A DNA stretch of 64,000 bases from Diplonema japonicum (GCA_964019335.1 OZ025681.1:186001-250000); one strand, 5' to 3'. Positions 44,890 through 56,280 are shown, numbered from the stretch's first letter. A program made the numbers and translations. The notes: generated by a model from the sequence alone, not told the origin.

Positions 44890-47800
44890 TCACACTAATC
44901 GGTCACCGTTCTGCGGTTGCTGTCTGGTGCCTGCAGTGGCTGTTTGTCGCGATGAGATGGACGGCATCTGGGCGAGAAACATTGCTTGGAGTCGTGCTAG
45001 GTAGGGGGCGGTTTGGCTCGAGGAGAAGAGTGGTCTCCTGTCGTAGCCGTGTGTCGTCGGGCCCCCAAGATGTCGAAGGGTGTGTACCCTTGTCTTTGCG
45101 TTGGCGGGGAAAGCATTCTTCCCACTCTTTGCTGTGCATTTCTGAATACGTCCTAAGATGTATCGCATCCTTCCAGCCTTCTCTGTGAGCCAGTCCTGGT
45201 CGTCGAGGGGTCCAGCCAAGGACTGCCGGGTGGCCTGCTCATAGTCTACTGCGAGCTCCATCGTCGTGACGGACGTCAACTTCCTGCCTGCGTACCATCT
45301 TAGGCTTTTCAGCCACCTGAGGACGCTCTTCATGTAGAACATTAGGACCTTTCCCGACGCTCCGTTCGATTTCAACAGCTCCACTGTGGGCACAGTGTGC
45401 TGCTTCCCCGTTGTGATCTCATCCCACGGGTTGGTGGTGAGGATTCTGGTGCTCCGTTCAGCCGCTCTGGCGTCTCGTCTTGTCACTACATCCAACAGGT
45501 ATCGTTGCACGACTGCCGCCTGTTGCTTCGCAGCCCCCGTTGCGCCCCTTGGAATGATCCCGTGGAGGGCGGTCACTGCAGGTAGGTCACTTCGTGTCAT
45601 CCCGCCATATCTTTCGTTTGTCAGGGCAGCTCTCGCTGGTGCACATTCCCATAGGGCGTGCTCCGTGACTTCTGTCGTCGTCTGGCATCGATGGTCGCAG
45701 ACGTCGCACGCAAGAGACGAGCTTTCCACACCCTCACGTTCATCCAATTGCTTCCCCCACACTCGAGGGTGTACCGTGAACACTGCACCGCTGATGATCC
45801 GCCGCAGTCTGTACGATATCAGCGGTCTCCGTGACTGGAGCTTCCTCCACCAGGCGTTCGTGGACGGACATGCACCCGCTTCCATTCCAGCAAAAGACGA
45901 CCTGCCGTGGATCAATTCCTTTGCAACAGCCGGTCTGATCGCCTGTCTTACTTCATGGCGTCTCGCACTGGGCACCAGAGCGCGCAAACCTTCAATGAAG
46001 GACCACCCCTTGTTCAGGAAGGGTAGCCACCTCTTCAGCAAGACCCCTAGCGGCCCCCTCTCCTCGTCGTCCTCTCGCTCCCGGTACAGTGTAACAATCT
46101 CATTGACTCGCTGCCACAGTTGTGGGGAGGTGAGGCTTTCTCGCACCAGGCAGTTCACCGTGTTGTAAACAATCTTCGCTTGTGGATATGCTGTGTGTCC
46201 AGGTAACAGCACATTGAGCACAGCCATCGGGGATCTCATCCTGAAGCGCGGTCCCCACAGGGAAGTCACCGTCGCTGTACAGAGCTTCTTCAGCTGGTTG
46301 TCAGACGGCGCAGCGTAGGTCGTACCGTATAGACAGGATGGTAGCACAGTGCCCGTCAGCATTGACGCCTTGTTCCCGAAGCTTAATGGCAATGCACCAA
46401 GCCGGGACAAACGGCCTTCGGCGGAATGTAGCTTGTCCAAACTATGTTTCCCGTTCATGTTCAGGATCACGCCAAGCGCCTTGATCCCCTTCGTCACTCT
46501 GAACGATGAGCCTGTGCACTTCAACCAAGGGCCGATCTCATCCTTCGTCGAGAATGCTTGTGACTTGTTTTCGTTAAGGCGCATGCCTGTCCGCTCGCAA
46601 AACTCGATTGTTTTGTTGGTCGCTCTCTTGAGTACCTCGACCAAACGCGCAAGTAGGTACGCGTCGTCCGCGTACGACAGCGATCGCGAGCCAGGTACCT
46701 CAGCAATCACGCACTTCACCATCACTGACACCAGAGCGTTCACCAGGATGACGGAGATTGGACACCCTTGGAGAATTCCATTTGTCACGTGGAACTCGGA
46801 ACCCACGCCAGTAGGGAAGCGGAAACGTCTTTTGAGGCCTGCGTACATCGCTTTGAGCGGGGTCAGTATCCTCTGGTGCAAACCCAGGTCTTGCATAAGC
46901 CCGAACGCTACTTTCTGTGGCACCCTGTCGAAGCACTTGACGAAGTCCAGTGCTATGCCGTTAAGAGGGGTGTTGGTCAGCATCGCCGTCTCCAGCTGCG
47001 TGCTGAGCTCCATCAGGATGCTGTCCGTCCCGTGACGTGGTCGAAAACCATGCTGCGAGTCGTCCGCCCATTTCTCTTGCCATGGCGATATATCACGCAA
47101 CCTGGCACAGGCCCACAGTCTGTAGACCGCACTCGTGACTGTGATGGGGCGGTGGTTGAGCGGGGTCCTCTCGCCTCCCTTCGGGATCAGCGTAACCAAC
47201 GCCGTCAGGAGTGCCTTCGGCCACTTCCCTGTCACCTCGATGGCGTTGAAGAGCATCGCCCACGCATCCAACAATACATTTGGCATAGCGCGAAGTTCTG
47301 CCATCCTCCACCCATCAACTCCCGGTGCTGTCCTCGTCGATTTCTTGGCCAGAACTGCTCTCAGATCAGCCCCTGTCAGTGGCTGGAGCACCATGTCATG
47401 CGTCGAGATGTATGGCCCGTATCTAGCCTTGAAAGCCTCGTACGATGGTTCTTCATGCCCTTCACCGTACATCTGGAGCACGCCGTCCCATTCCGCGTGC
47501 ATCATCCTGTCCATCTCGTCGAGGTCTGCGGTCAGCACTCCGCCGCTCTCCACTGCCTGCGCCGCTGACGTAGAAGTGTTTTTCACAAAGGCGGTCATCC
47601 CCCTCCGCTCCTCCTGGAACTGGGTGTTGATCCTCGCCTCGTACTTCTTCTCCCGCTCCACTCTCGTGTCCTTTGCGATCTCGCGTAGTAGCGAGGAGAG
47701 GTTGTCGTCTAGCAGTTGAAGTCTGGTGACAATCGACTCCAGGTCATCCTTCAGCAAGTTCCTATCAAATACTGGAGGGTTCGGCAGTTTCTCCAGCAAA

Positions 47801-48736
47801 CTCAGAGCATTCGCCCAAGTCTTCAACAGAACTACTGGCATGTTGCACACTTGTCCCTTGTCAATCATCACCTGGATTTCCGCGCTGATGTGTGCAAGCT
47901 TCCTCTGCAAACAGGCAATCGACTTCTGTCTACCCACCGCTGCGCCCGTGGCTTCCTTTACAGACTTGGCCGACAGGCATTTCTCCTTGGGTTTGCGCTC
48001 CTCGCCCCTCCCTCGGAAAGTCTTCTGTTGCTCCCTCGGCACGCCTGTGATGCAGTGTCTTTCCGAGACGTCAGCCAGCACACGGTATGCGCCGTCGATG
48101 TCCTCAAGTTTTTGGATGAATCTCTCCGCCTGTAGCAGCTCAATCACGTGGTCATCACTAGCAGTCGACACCGGCAGTTCCTTCGGGATGAAGTACTTGC
48201 GTGTCTTGCTCTTGAGAGTAGGGATACACAGTTTGATGGAGAGGCATCTGTGTTCGTTGGTATACACCGTGTCGTGGACCCACGCCTTCTGTAGTCCCGC
48301 CGCAGCGATCGGGTTCATCAAGACGTAGTCGATGCGTGTCTTTGTGTCAGTGGCTCTCCTCACAAAGGTGTGGCTCGGCCTTACCCCGTCTTTCTCGGCC
48401 TGCATTGCTGCTGCATCCACCCAGTCACACCCAACCGCCTGCTGTAGTACACCTGATTGCGACACCTCGGTGTTTAGGTCCCCCGCGACGATGATAGGAA
48501 CATCTCCCAGGGCACATCTCATCTCGTTCAGCACCTTGTTCAAAAGTGTCTCACGCTGGTGTTTGCCGTAACTTCCCGAGTGGCAATATACCACCGTGTC
48601 CGTGTGCGGTCAGCTTCACTTCCTGCAAGCACGAGATGTCGCTCTCCATGGCCAACACCTCGTCCACCTTATTGCTCAGGGACCCCACATTGAGAGTTGT
48701 GATTGTGAGCGAATTGGGGTCCCTAGCTCCACCCAT
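44890..48736 (-). CDS. LINE pol: AP endonuclease (broken at ~48597 by deletion/frameshift), reverse transcriptase, CxxC...H...C knuckle
   Basis: TLNVGSL, CLQEVK, VAGDLN, RIDYVL; RPITV, QHGFR, LDFVKCFDRV, GILQGCPIS, YADD; CDVC...EHALWEC. Confidence 0.88.
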
Positions 48737-48775
48737 GAAGATGTCCCTCCGGATGTCTTCATGGCTGGCGTCCCT

Positions 48776-51070
48776 TCAGTTGAACTCGTCAGGGTCATGT
48801 TCGATTGGTAGGATGGGGGTCATAGTGTTAGCTATGGCCATGTGCACGTCAGGTGTGGCCGCACATGTCGGTGTGCCGCCGGGCAGGTATATCGGTGTCA
48901 TCGAACCCGTTGCACTCGTGGGGACAAGGGCACCCGAATGTGCCTTCTTGCTGGTCGTCGTGTCGTCGCATTTCCTCTTCTTGTCCGTGCGCTTCGCAGT
49001 CTGGATGTCCTGCTGGATAGACTGGACAGTCTTAACCAGCTCGGACACCGCCACAGCCACCGCATCCAACCTCTCGAGACGTGTTGTTACCATCTCCATC
49101 TGCCTGCCGAGAGCTTGCATGTTCTGCTCCATCGACTTCACTAGCGAGATGGTCGCGGCAGCCTTCCTCTCCATGTCCACCACTCTCGCTTCCATCGCTT
49201 TCCTCTCCTGCTCGTGCTCCAGCTCTTTCTTCCGCGCCCACTCCTCGAAAGCGTCGACAGACGCCATCGTTTTCGTAGCAGGTGCTGGCGCGTTCGGTGG
49301 GGGTAGAGCCTCGGCTACCGGCGTTGAGTGCGTCGCAGGTGTTGACGCAGCGTGGTGTGTTGACGCCTGCGTGTCCGACACTGGCGCAGGTGTAGGCGCG
49401 GATGATGGGTTCGCCTGCCCGGCTTGTCTGCCCCATATGGCGTTCGGCGGCAATGTGAATACGGCCTTATTACTGTCACTCGCGCCCTTCTTGTTCTTCT
49501 TCTTCTTCTGCAGGTCACCCTCCAGCGGCTGGATGGTCCAACGCGTGCCCTGGACATTCAGAACCAGACCTCTCGGTTTCGAGCACGAAGTCACGGCCCA
49601 GGATTGTTTTTCGCCAAACCTATGCAGCCTCTTCCTCACCGTGACCGGCCATCCCGACCGTTTCAAGCGGTCTTCCAGCTCGAGGCCGTTCATCGAAGAG
49701 GGCACCCCTTGTACCTCATAGTGCTCGCCGTCGAGCAGTGTCGCTGCTGTCGCTGTCACCTTCAGATCGGCATGTCGGTCTTTGAGCACCCGCCTTGCTG
49801 TGTCAAGCTCGGCTTTCGGTACCCTTACCCCGTAGACGACGGACTTGCCCGACTTCTTGAAGGTCAGTCCCCATCCGCACACTTCACGCCTGAACAGCAG
49901 TGCCGCTTTCAGTGTCGTGCCCTCCAGCCACAAAACCGGCAGGAGATCGCGTGCTTCCCACGGTTGGCGCACAAACACGCCGTCCTCGCCACTGCGCATG
50001 AGGATCGACTGGACATCGGTCTTCATCACCGTGATTGGGACCTCGAAAACGCCGTCCCGCTTCCTGCCTCTCTTGGTGAGGTACCGCCCTGCTCTCTCTC
50101 TCAGCCATGTCAATACTCTCGACCTGGCCTTCTCGGCGTCCAGCGATGTTTGAGCAACCAGATAGAGTTCCGAGGTGCAGGTCTCCGGCTCCTCCAGCTC
50201 CTCCTCTTCCTCCATCTCCTCCTTGTTTGCGTCCGGCATCGCAGGGTGACCATTGCGGGATGTCACCTGCAGGCGTCTGCACGTCTTCCCGCGCCCTTCG
50301 TTCGTGCTCAGAAGGACCTCAGCCTCCTCGCCGCAGAAGTAGGGGAGACGTCCCCACGAAACGACCGTTGCAGCCGGCGCGCCCCTTAGCCACTCCGCTG
50401 CCAACCGTTCAGAGCCTTGCGGGACAAGGTACACCGCCCGCTCCGGCTGTGTCTCCGCCCCTTCCCACTCCCGCACGTGCACGGGCCACTCGTCCTCGGC
50501 AAGGCATGCGATGATGGCCTTGCGTGCCGGCTTGCCCTGCTCCTTCTTCTTCCCGTCCTTCGCGCCCTCGCTGCGGATGGGGAGTGGGATCCTCACCGGC
50601 GGCACATACGCTGTAGTGGTAGGCATCTTCGAGTCCTCCCCTTTCACCGCGCAGACGTAGTGGCCCTCCACATAGCCCAGCCATAGCGTGGCCGTGTCTG
50701 GTACCTCATTCCTACTCCCCGGCTCGAAGCAGCTCAGGGTGAGGACGTCATCCCTTACAGCAAAGACACAGATCCTGCGTCCCATCACCACGGACATCGT
50801 GCTGACCGTCAGCCTGTCCGCCCACGTTCCCGAAAGAGCTACCAGCCTCTGGTACTCCTTCCACGCCGCAGCCTTCTCCCCTTCCTCCACCATCATGAAG
50901 GAGGAGTAGTCCTTCCCCGCCAGATGAGAGGCCACCACCTCCCGCAGCGCCCCCGCCTCGTCCCTCGCGCCGTGCACCGCGTACGACACCGCTTCGAAGA
51001 AGCACTCTCCCTGCCTTCTTCCGGTGTCTATCACCTTCCAACCCTCCAGCCTATTGGCCAGATCCTGCAC
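48776..51070 (-). CDS. LINE ORF1-like region: N-terminal OTU-like cysteine protease, low-complexity linker, coiled coil
   Basis: GECFFEAVS...LRE.V...GTWAD...LGYVEGHY matches the OTU Cys/Trp/His boxes. The frame is open to the element's 5' edge with no ATG, so it is truncated. Confidence 0.8.
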   Translation of the reverse strand: MQDLANRLEGWKVIDTGRRQGECFFEAVSYAVHGARDEAGALREVVASHLAGKDYSSFMMVEEGEKAAAWKEYQRLVALSGTWADRLTVSTMSVVMGRRICVFAVRDDVLTLSCFEPGSRNEVPDTATLWLGYVEGHYVCAVKGEDSKMPTTTAYVPPVRIPLPIRSEGAKDGKKKEQGKPARKAIIACLAEDEWPVHVREWEGAETQPERAVYLVPQGSERLAAEWLRGAPAATVVSWGRLPYFCGEEAEVLLSTNEGRGKTCRRLQVTSRNGHPAMPDANKEEMEEEEELEEPETCTSELYLVAQTSLDAEKARSRVLTWLRERAGRYLTKRGRKRDGVFEVPITVMKTDVQSILMRSGEDGVFVRQPWEARDLLPVLWLEGTTLKAALLFRREVCGWGLTFKKSGKSVVYGVRVPKAELDTARRVLKDRHADLKVTATAATLLDGEHYEVQGVPSSMNGLELEDRLKRSGWPVTVRKRLHRFGEKQSWAVTSCSKPRGLVLNVQGTRWTIQPLEGDLQKKKKNKKGASDSNKAVFTLPPNAIWGRQAGQANPSSAPTPAPVSDTQASTHHAASTPATHSTPVAEALPPPNAPAPATKTMASVDAFEEWARKKELEHEQERKAMEARVVDMERKAAATISLVKSMEQNMQALGRQMEMVTTRLERLDAVAVAVSELVKTVQSIQQDIQTAKRTDKKRKCDDTTTSKKAHSGALVPTSATGSMTPIYLPGGTPTCAATPDVHMAIANTMTPILPIEHDPDEFN

Positions 51071-51319
51071 CGCTTCCCTCGTCTTCGGCCTGGTGGAAAA
51101 AAAAAATAATGAGTCAGTATGTAACTCGAGTTCTCGAAGTTTTCCCGTTCTTTTTTTTTTTTTTTTTTTTTTTGTAAGTCTTCGGATGAATGGGAGGAAT
51201 AAAAATAAGACAAGAGATAGATTGTTATAATAAAAATAAAAAATAGAATGGATTGCTTTCGGGAATTAACTCTATCGGATCAGTCTGAAGTTTTCCCTTT
51301 TTTCTTTCAACTTCTTCTT

Positions 51320-51724
51320 CTAAACAACACTATTCACAGGAGGAGGCTGGGTACCATAAGTAGTACCCTGGTAAGCGTAAACGGGTTCATCAGAATTTAC
51401 CACCGGCTTCCGCGTAGCTTTCTTACAGCAGCACTTGACACAGCAGAAAATACAGAGGCCGATCCCAATACACGTCAGCACGCTGCCCACAACAATAAAA
51501 GCGATCGAGAAACCAGTCAGCTTGCAGTCGTAGAGGGGCGACACAATGTTGCTGTTCCTCTCACAGGTACTCCAAGGGCAGCTGCACACGTACTCAGAAT
51601 ACACCAGTCCTCCCGACGAGAGCTCCCTGTAACAGTAGTCATTCTGCGGGTTGGTCTCATCACACCCGGAGACAGCAAGAACAAACAGCGACAACACAGC
51701 GATAACCTGGTTCATAACGTTCAT
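51320..51724 (-). CDS. Small Cys-rich single-pass membrane protein, copy 9
   Basis: Start at MNVMNQ (51724). Confidence 0.9.
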   Translation of the reverse strand: MNVMNQVIAVLSLFVLAVSGCDETNPQNDYCYRELSSGGLVYSEYVCSCPWSTCERNSNIVSPLYDCKLTGFSIAFIVVGSVLTCIGIGLCIFCCVKCCCKKATRKPVVNSDEPVYAYQGTTYGTQPPPVNSVV

Positions 51725-52615
51725 TTTCCCCTCTATTCTTTTCTTTTTTCTTTTTTTTCTTTTTGAAAAACTGTGATGCACTTATTGTTACGGGGGGAAA
51801 CAAAAAGGAAAGGGGGGGGGGGAAGAATATAATGACGCAAAAGAATACAAAACTATTCAGGACACCAAGGTGTTGACGCATTCCACTACCTCCTGCCAAC
51901 ATATTTCATTTTCAGAAGGGAGGGGGGATAAAAGAGAAACTTGTATAAAAGAAACTCAATCTATTCTCTGCGGTTGCATTTTTTTTGGTGCCGTTTATAA
52001 AAAAGAAAAAGCAAATGGTAGCTTGAAGTATATCTCAAGTTGACATGTTTTTGCGCGCAAAGAGCTCATTACGCTGCCATCAACTAGTTTCTTTTAGTCT
52101 CTTTTTTAAAACAGCAAAAAAAGAAAAATAAAGCAGTAAAGTGGTGAGGTGGGAAATAGTAAAAAAATGAGAGAAACTCCAATTCTTCTTTTTTTCTTTT
52201 TTTTTTTTCTTCTTTCTTACGTCTAGTTTCTGTAAAAATAAAACAGAATCATGTCCAAGTCAAGATGAAGTTGTACCCCGCTTTTTCCCTCATAAACCCA
52301 ATATCTAGTAAATCCTAAAACGATCCTGAAGAAAAGCTTCGGGGTTGCAAGGTATGTATATAACAACATTCTCTCCAGGACACTATTCCTTTCTACAGAC
52401 AAAGATTAATGAAGATCTATAGTAATTAGTTGGTAAAAAAAAAAAAGAGTCAGCTTGCCCTTCTTTCTCGATGTTTTCTGCAAGATTGGGGGTTTTATCC
52501 TGCAAAAGGAACAACGCTTGCCCACAAGTTACGCTTGGGGGGGTTTTTTTTTATCATATTTCTTTTTTGTTTTTACTTAAGCTTTCTGATGAAATGGGAG
52601 AAATAAAAAAAATAG

Positions 52616-54267
52616 CGCTCTATATTCGCTAAGTGACCCACCAGAACCCGCATTTTGAAGAGCTAAAAAAAATTTTAATTGCTTTTTCTAGGGCTGGAAT
52701 GGATTTATTTGCGTCCGGGGCCCAATGTTCGACATATGGAATTTCTTTTTGTAATAAAAATCTTTTTTGGTGATTTGCCTTACTTTGTACTATACAAAAT
52801 GAAAGGAAGCAGCTCCGGTGGAAAAAACACAGCACAAGTGGGGTTCGAACCCTGATGAAAAAACCACTGCGTCGGGATTCGAACCGCGACTCCTGGAACA
52901 AGGGGGCCTGACAGGTGAGCACGGTAACCACTCTACCACACAGGAATTCAAAACTCTGACCCCCATCTTTACTCAGGCATCCGCATAGTGAGTGAGTAGG
53001 TTCCCTTCTTTCCACATCAGATATCCTCCACGATACACACTCACGACGTGCCTCAGCCCATCAACACTGTGATGAAATAAACACAGAATAAGAGATGAGA
53101 TAAAGGAGGTTCCTGTTCTGGAACGTCCTTGTCTACTTATCTCTACTTATCTACCCCTTTCCCTGTTCTCGAGTTCCATTGTGGTGACTCGTCTTCCTCG
53201 GTCCGTCGTACTACTCCAGCTTCCTGAGCTACTTGATAATGTCTTCTCCGTGCTTCATCATCAGGCTCCCGCTCACGTGCTTCTTCAGCTCCTACCACTC
53301 AGGTGGTGTGCATGAGCGTTTCCTTCCGTTATCTGTTCCAGGGGTGCGTCGGGTACGTTTCTAGCATTCTCTTGTCCTGGAGAAGCTGGTCTCGTTTTGC
53401 CACCACTTCCAGCAAGTTGTACTGCGTCTTCCTCAGCCGGTGTTGGTGTGATCGGTGACCAACACAGAATAATGATGAAAAGAAACTAGTACACTGAAGA
53501 GGAGGGGTCACCAGAAAAATCTGTTGTTTCTTCAGACGCTTGATCCACCCGAAGTAGAACAGCAGAAGGGAGGAGGAGGAAGGGGGGGGAGGTACTGATG
53601 TCTTCTTCTTTACTTTCTGTTGTCGCTACTGTCTTTGCTGCTGCTACTGCTGTTACTGTTGTTGCTGCTGCGTTGAGGAGGTTGTCCATGTCCTCTGTTG
53701 TGCCTCGGGTGGCCCTCCTCTGCTTCCTCGGTCTTGTGCTTCTTGTACAAGATGAGGCTGGGGTGCCATCCTTTGTTTTTGCCTGCATATGGCACTTCCA
53801 CTCTGTCTGCTCTGAGATCTCACTTCTTGCCCTCTTTTGTGTAGTGGACCCGGTAGTGGAGCTCCTTGTGGCTGTACTCCGCTATCGCGATCCTGTCCAT
53901 CCGGAGTCCTCGTTGTCTGAGGCTCTCTGCTGGCTGGAAGGGCTTGCTTGGTCAGGAAGATGCTGGCTTCTGGGATCGAACCTGTTAACCATGTTTTTCA
54001 AAGGAAAAGTGCCCAGTTGCACAAGTTTGGCAAAAATGGCCAAAACCCAAAATGGCGACTTCCAAGGTCATTTTGGTTGGCCCTCAATATTTTTTTTTTA
54101 GAAAATTCTTTTTGGAACTTCCTTGGAACTCACCGTTCTTTCATGTTCGACATATGGATTTTTTGAAAAAAAAAAATTCAATGAACCTTTGGGCATTTTT
54201 GACATTTTTTCCCCTATAGCCCCCTATAACCCCTTTGGGACATAGGGCACTTAGCGAATATGGAGCG
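52616..54267. mobile_element. Non-autonomous TIR DNA transposon with a 3-bp TAG target duplication
   Basis: 20-bp TIR cgctc(t/c)atattcgctaagtg at 52616-52635 and 54248-54267, with TAG on both sides. The empty site aaatag|aaaaatagaa is seen in the paralogous spacer at ~36335. Confidence 0.85.
52864..52945 (-). ncRNA. tRNA-like (Asp GTC-like) Pol III unit / SINE head
   Basis: A box TGGTAGAGTGG, CTGTCA loop, B box GGTTCGAATCCC, followed by a T6 run; stems are imperfect. Confidence 0.45.
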
Positions 54268-54347
54268 TAGAAAAATAGAAGCAGAATGGATCGTTTTCGG
54301 GAATTAATTCCGTCGATCGGTCTGAAGCTTTTAACCTCTTCTTCTTT

Positions 54348-54447
54348 CTAAACTTCACTTTTCACGGGAGGAGCCTGGGTACCATCCTGAGGGGGAGGAA
54401 TTTCACCACCCTGGGCAGGATAAGCGTAAACGGGCTCACCAGAATTC
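54348..54447 (-). pseudogene. Tail-only duplicate of an array gene
   Basis: Encodes NSGEPVYAYPAQGGEIPPPQDGTQAPPVKSEV* with no ectodomain or TM. Confidence 0.75.
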
Positions 54448-54554
54448 GGGGAGGAATATTAAAAATAGAAAAATAGAAGCAGAATGGATCGTTTTCAGAA
54501 ACTAATTCCGGCGATCGGTCTGAAGTTTCCCTTTTTTCTTTTGGACTTCTTCTT

Positions 54555-54974
54555 CTAAACAACTTCAGTTTTCGGAGGAGCCTGGGCACCATCCTGAGGG
54601 GGAGGAACTTCACCACCCTGGGCAGGATAAGCGTAAACGGGTTCAGTAGAATTCGCCTGCTGGGTAGGCTTGTTACAGCAGCACTTGACACAGCAGAAAA
54701 TACAGAGGCCGATCCCAATACACGTCAGCACGCTGCCCACAACAATAAAAGCGATCGAGAAACCAGTCAGCTTGCAGTCGTAGAGGGGCGACACAGTGTT
54801 GCTGTTCCTCTCACAGGTACTCCAAGGGCAGATGCACTTGTACTCAGAATACACCAGTCCTCCCGACGAGAGCTCCCTGTAACAGTAGTCATTCTGCGGG
54901 TTGGTCTCATCACACCCGGAGACAGCAAGAACAAACAGCGACAACACAGCGATAACCTGGTTGATAACGTTCAT
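54555..54974 (-). CDS. Small Cys-rich single-pass membrane protein, copy 10
   Basis: Same architecture. Confidence 0.9.
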   Translation of the reverse strand: MNVINQVIAVLSLFVLAVSGCDETNPQNDYCYRELSSGGLVYSEYKCICPWSTCERNSNTVSPLYDCKLTGFSIAFIVVGSVLTCIGIGLCIFCCVKCCCNKPTQQANSTEPVYAYPAQGGEVPPPQDGAQAPPKTEVV

Positions 54975-55908
54975 TTTCCCCTCTTTTTCTTTTTTTTGTT
55001 TTCTTCAAAAACCTTGTGTGGTGTACTTATTTCACGGAAGCAAAAAAAAGGGGGGGGGGAGAGGGGATAAAATAACACAAAAGAACTATTCCCTTAAAAG
55101 TTAGGAAACGAGACATGGAAAAAGGTGCACAGCCCCACAGCCCTATTCGCAGCAGGGTCAAGGCCATGATACGGACTGCCGTTGGGGAGTGCAATGCCCT
55201 GTTCCCAAGGCAGGCCCTGTGTGGAATAAAGAAAGGGAAAAATTAACACCAAGGTGTTGACGCATTCCGCGACCTCTTCAAAGGGGTCCCGGAGGCGACT
55301 AAGGGAGAAAGAAGAGAATGGTGATGGGTCGGTTCAGAAAGACTTTTGATTTCTCGCGAGTAAGAACGATAAAGTTGTAAAGTGGTCGTGGAAAAAAATG
55401 CACCCAATGCGTGGGGGGGTATTTTGACTATTTTTAGCCATTCGGGGCCACACCGGCCCTTCAAATGCCACGGCGAAATAGCTACCCCGTATTACCTTGG
55501 GGAAATCCCCTAAAAAGCTGACCTGTGTGAGGAAAACAGCAGTGAAAGCAGTGAAGAGTGAGTGACTCGAATGACGAAGAGTGAAATAAAACAACTTACT
55601 TGCCGCCAACTGAGCCTCGTGCAAAAAATTCAGAAACTCGAGTTAAATAATGACTCATAATTTGTAGGCAATAAATAGTTAGTGTTCATCAAATAAAAAA
55701 GAAAGGGTTTTGTAACCCTCGACCCCCTTGGCGGAAATTCTTCTACAGACAAAGATTAAAGAGATTTACAGTAATTAGTTGGTTAAAAACGAGTCAGTTA
55801 AACATTTTTTGTTGTTGTTTTGTGCGCAAACCCGAGATGAGGGGTTCTTTTTGGAACATTTCTTTCTCGATGAGTCAGCTTCCCTCTTTTCTTTTTTAAC
55901 TTCTTCTT

Positions 55909-56280
55909 CTAAACAACACTTTTCACGGGAGGAGCCTGGGCACCATAGGCACCACCTTGAGGATAAGCGTAAACGGGCTCACCAGAATTCGCCTGCTGGG
56001 TAGGTTTGTTACAGCAGCACTTGACACAGCAGAAAATACAGAGGCCGATCCCAATACACGTCAGCACGCTGCCCACAACAATAAAAGCGATCGAGAAACC
56101 AGTCAGCTTGCAGTCGTAAGTGCTGCCGCTCCTCTCACAGGTACTCCAAGGGCAGATGCACTTGTACTCAGAATACAGTGCTCCATGGACCACCCTGTAA
56201 CAGTAGTCATTCTGCGGGTTTGTCTCATCACACCCGGAGACAGCAAGAACAAACAGCGACAACACAGCGATAATATTCAT
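55909..56280 (-). CDS. Small Cys-rich single-pass membrane protein, copy 11
   Basis: Same architecture, short tail. Confidence 0.9.
   Translation of the reverse strand: MNIIAVLSLFVLAVSGCDETNPQNDYCYRVVHGALYSEYKCICPWSTCERSGSTYDCKLTGFSIAFIVVGSVLTCIGIGLCIFCCVKCCCNKPTQQANSGEPVYAYPQGGAYGAQAPPVKSVV

Larger units (their letters stand above)
44841..51096 (-). mobile_element. Non-LTR retrotransposon (APE-RT), 5'-truncated, copy 1
   Basis: GC-rich 6.2-kb island between two A tracts, with ORF1 and APE/RT/zinc-knuckle coding regions; homologous to 60194-64000. Confidence 0.92.

Noticed and set aside
48546-50389. 391-aa and 321-aa plus-strand ORFs within the LINE
   Set aside because: GC-rich antisense shadows with no recognisable motifs.
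52864-52945. Functional tRNA-Asp gene
   Set aside because: Anticodon and T stems pair poorly and it lies inside a transposon, so it is kept only as tRNA-like.
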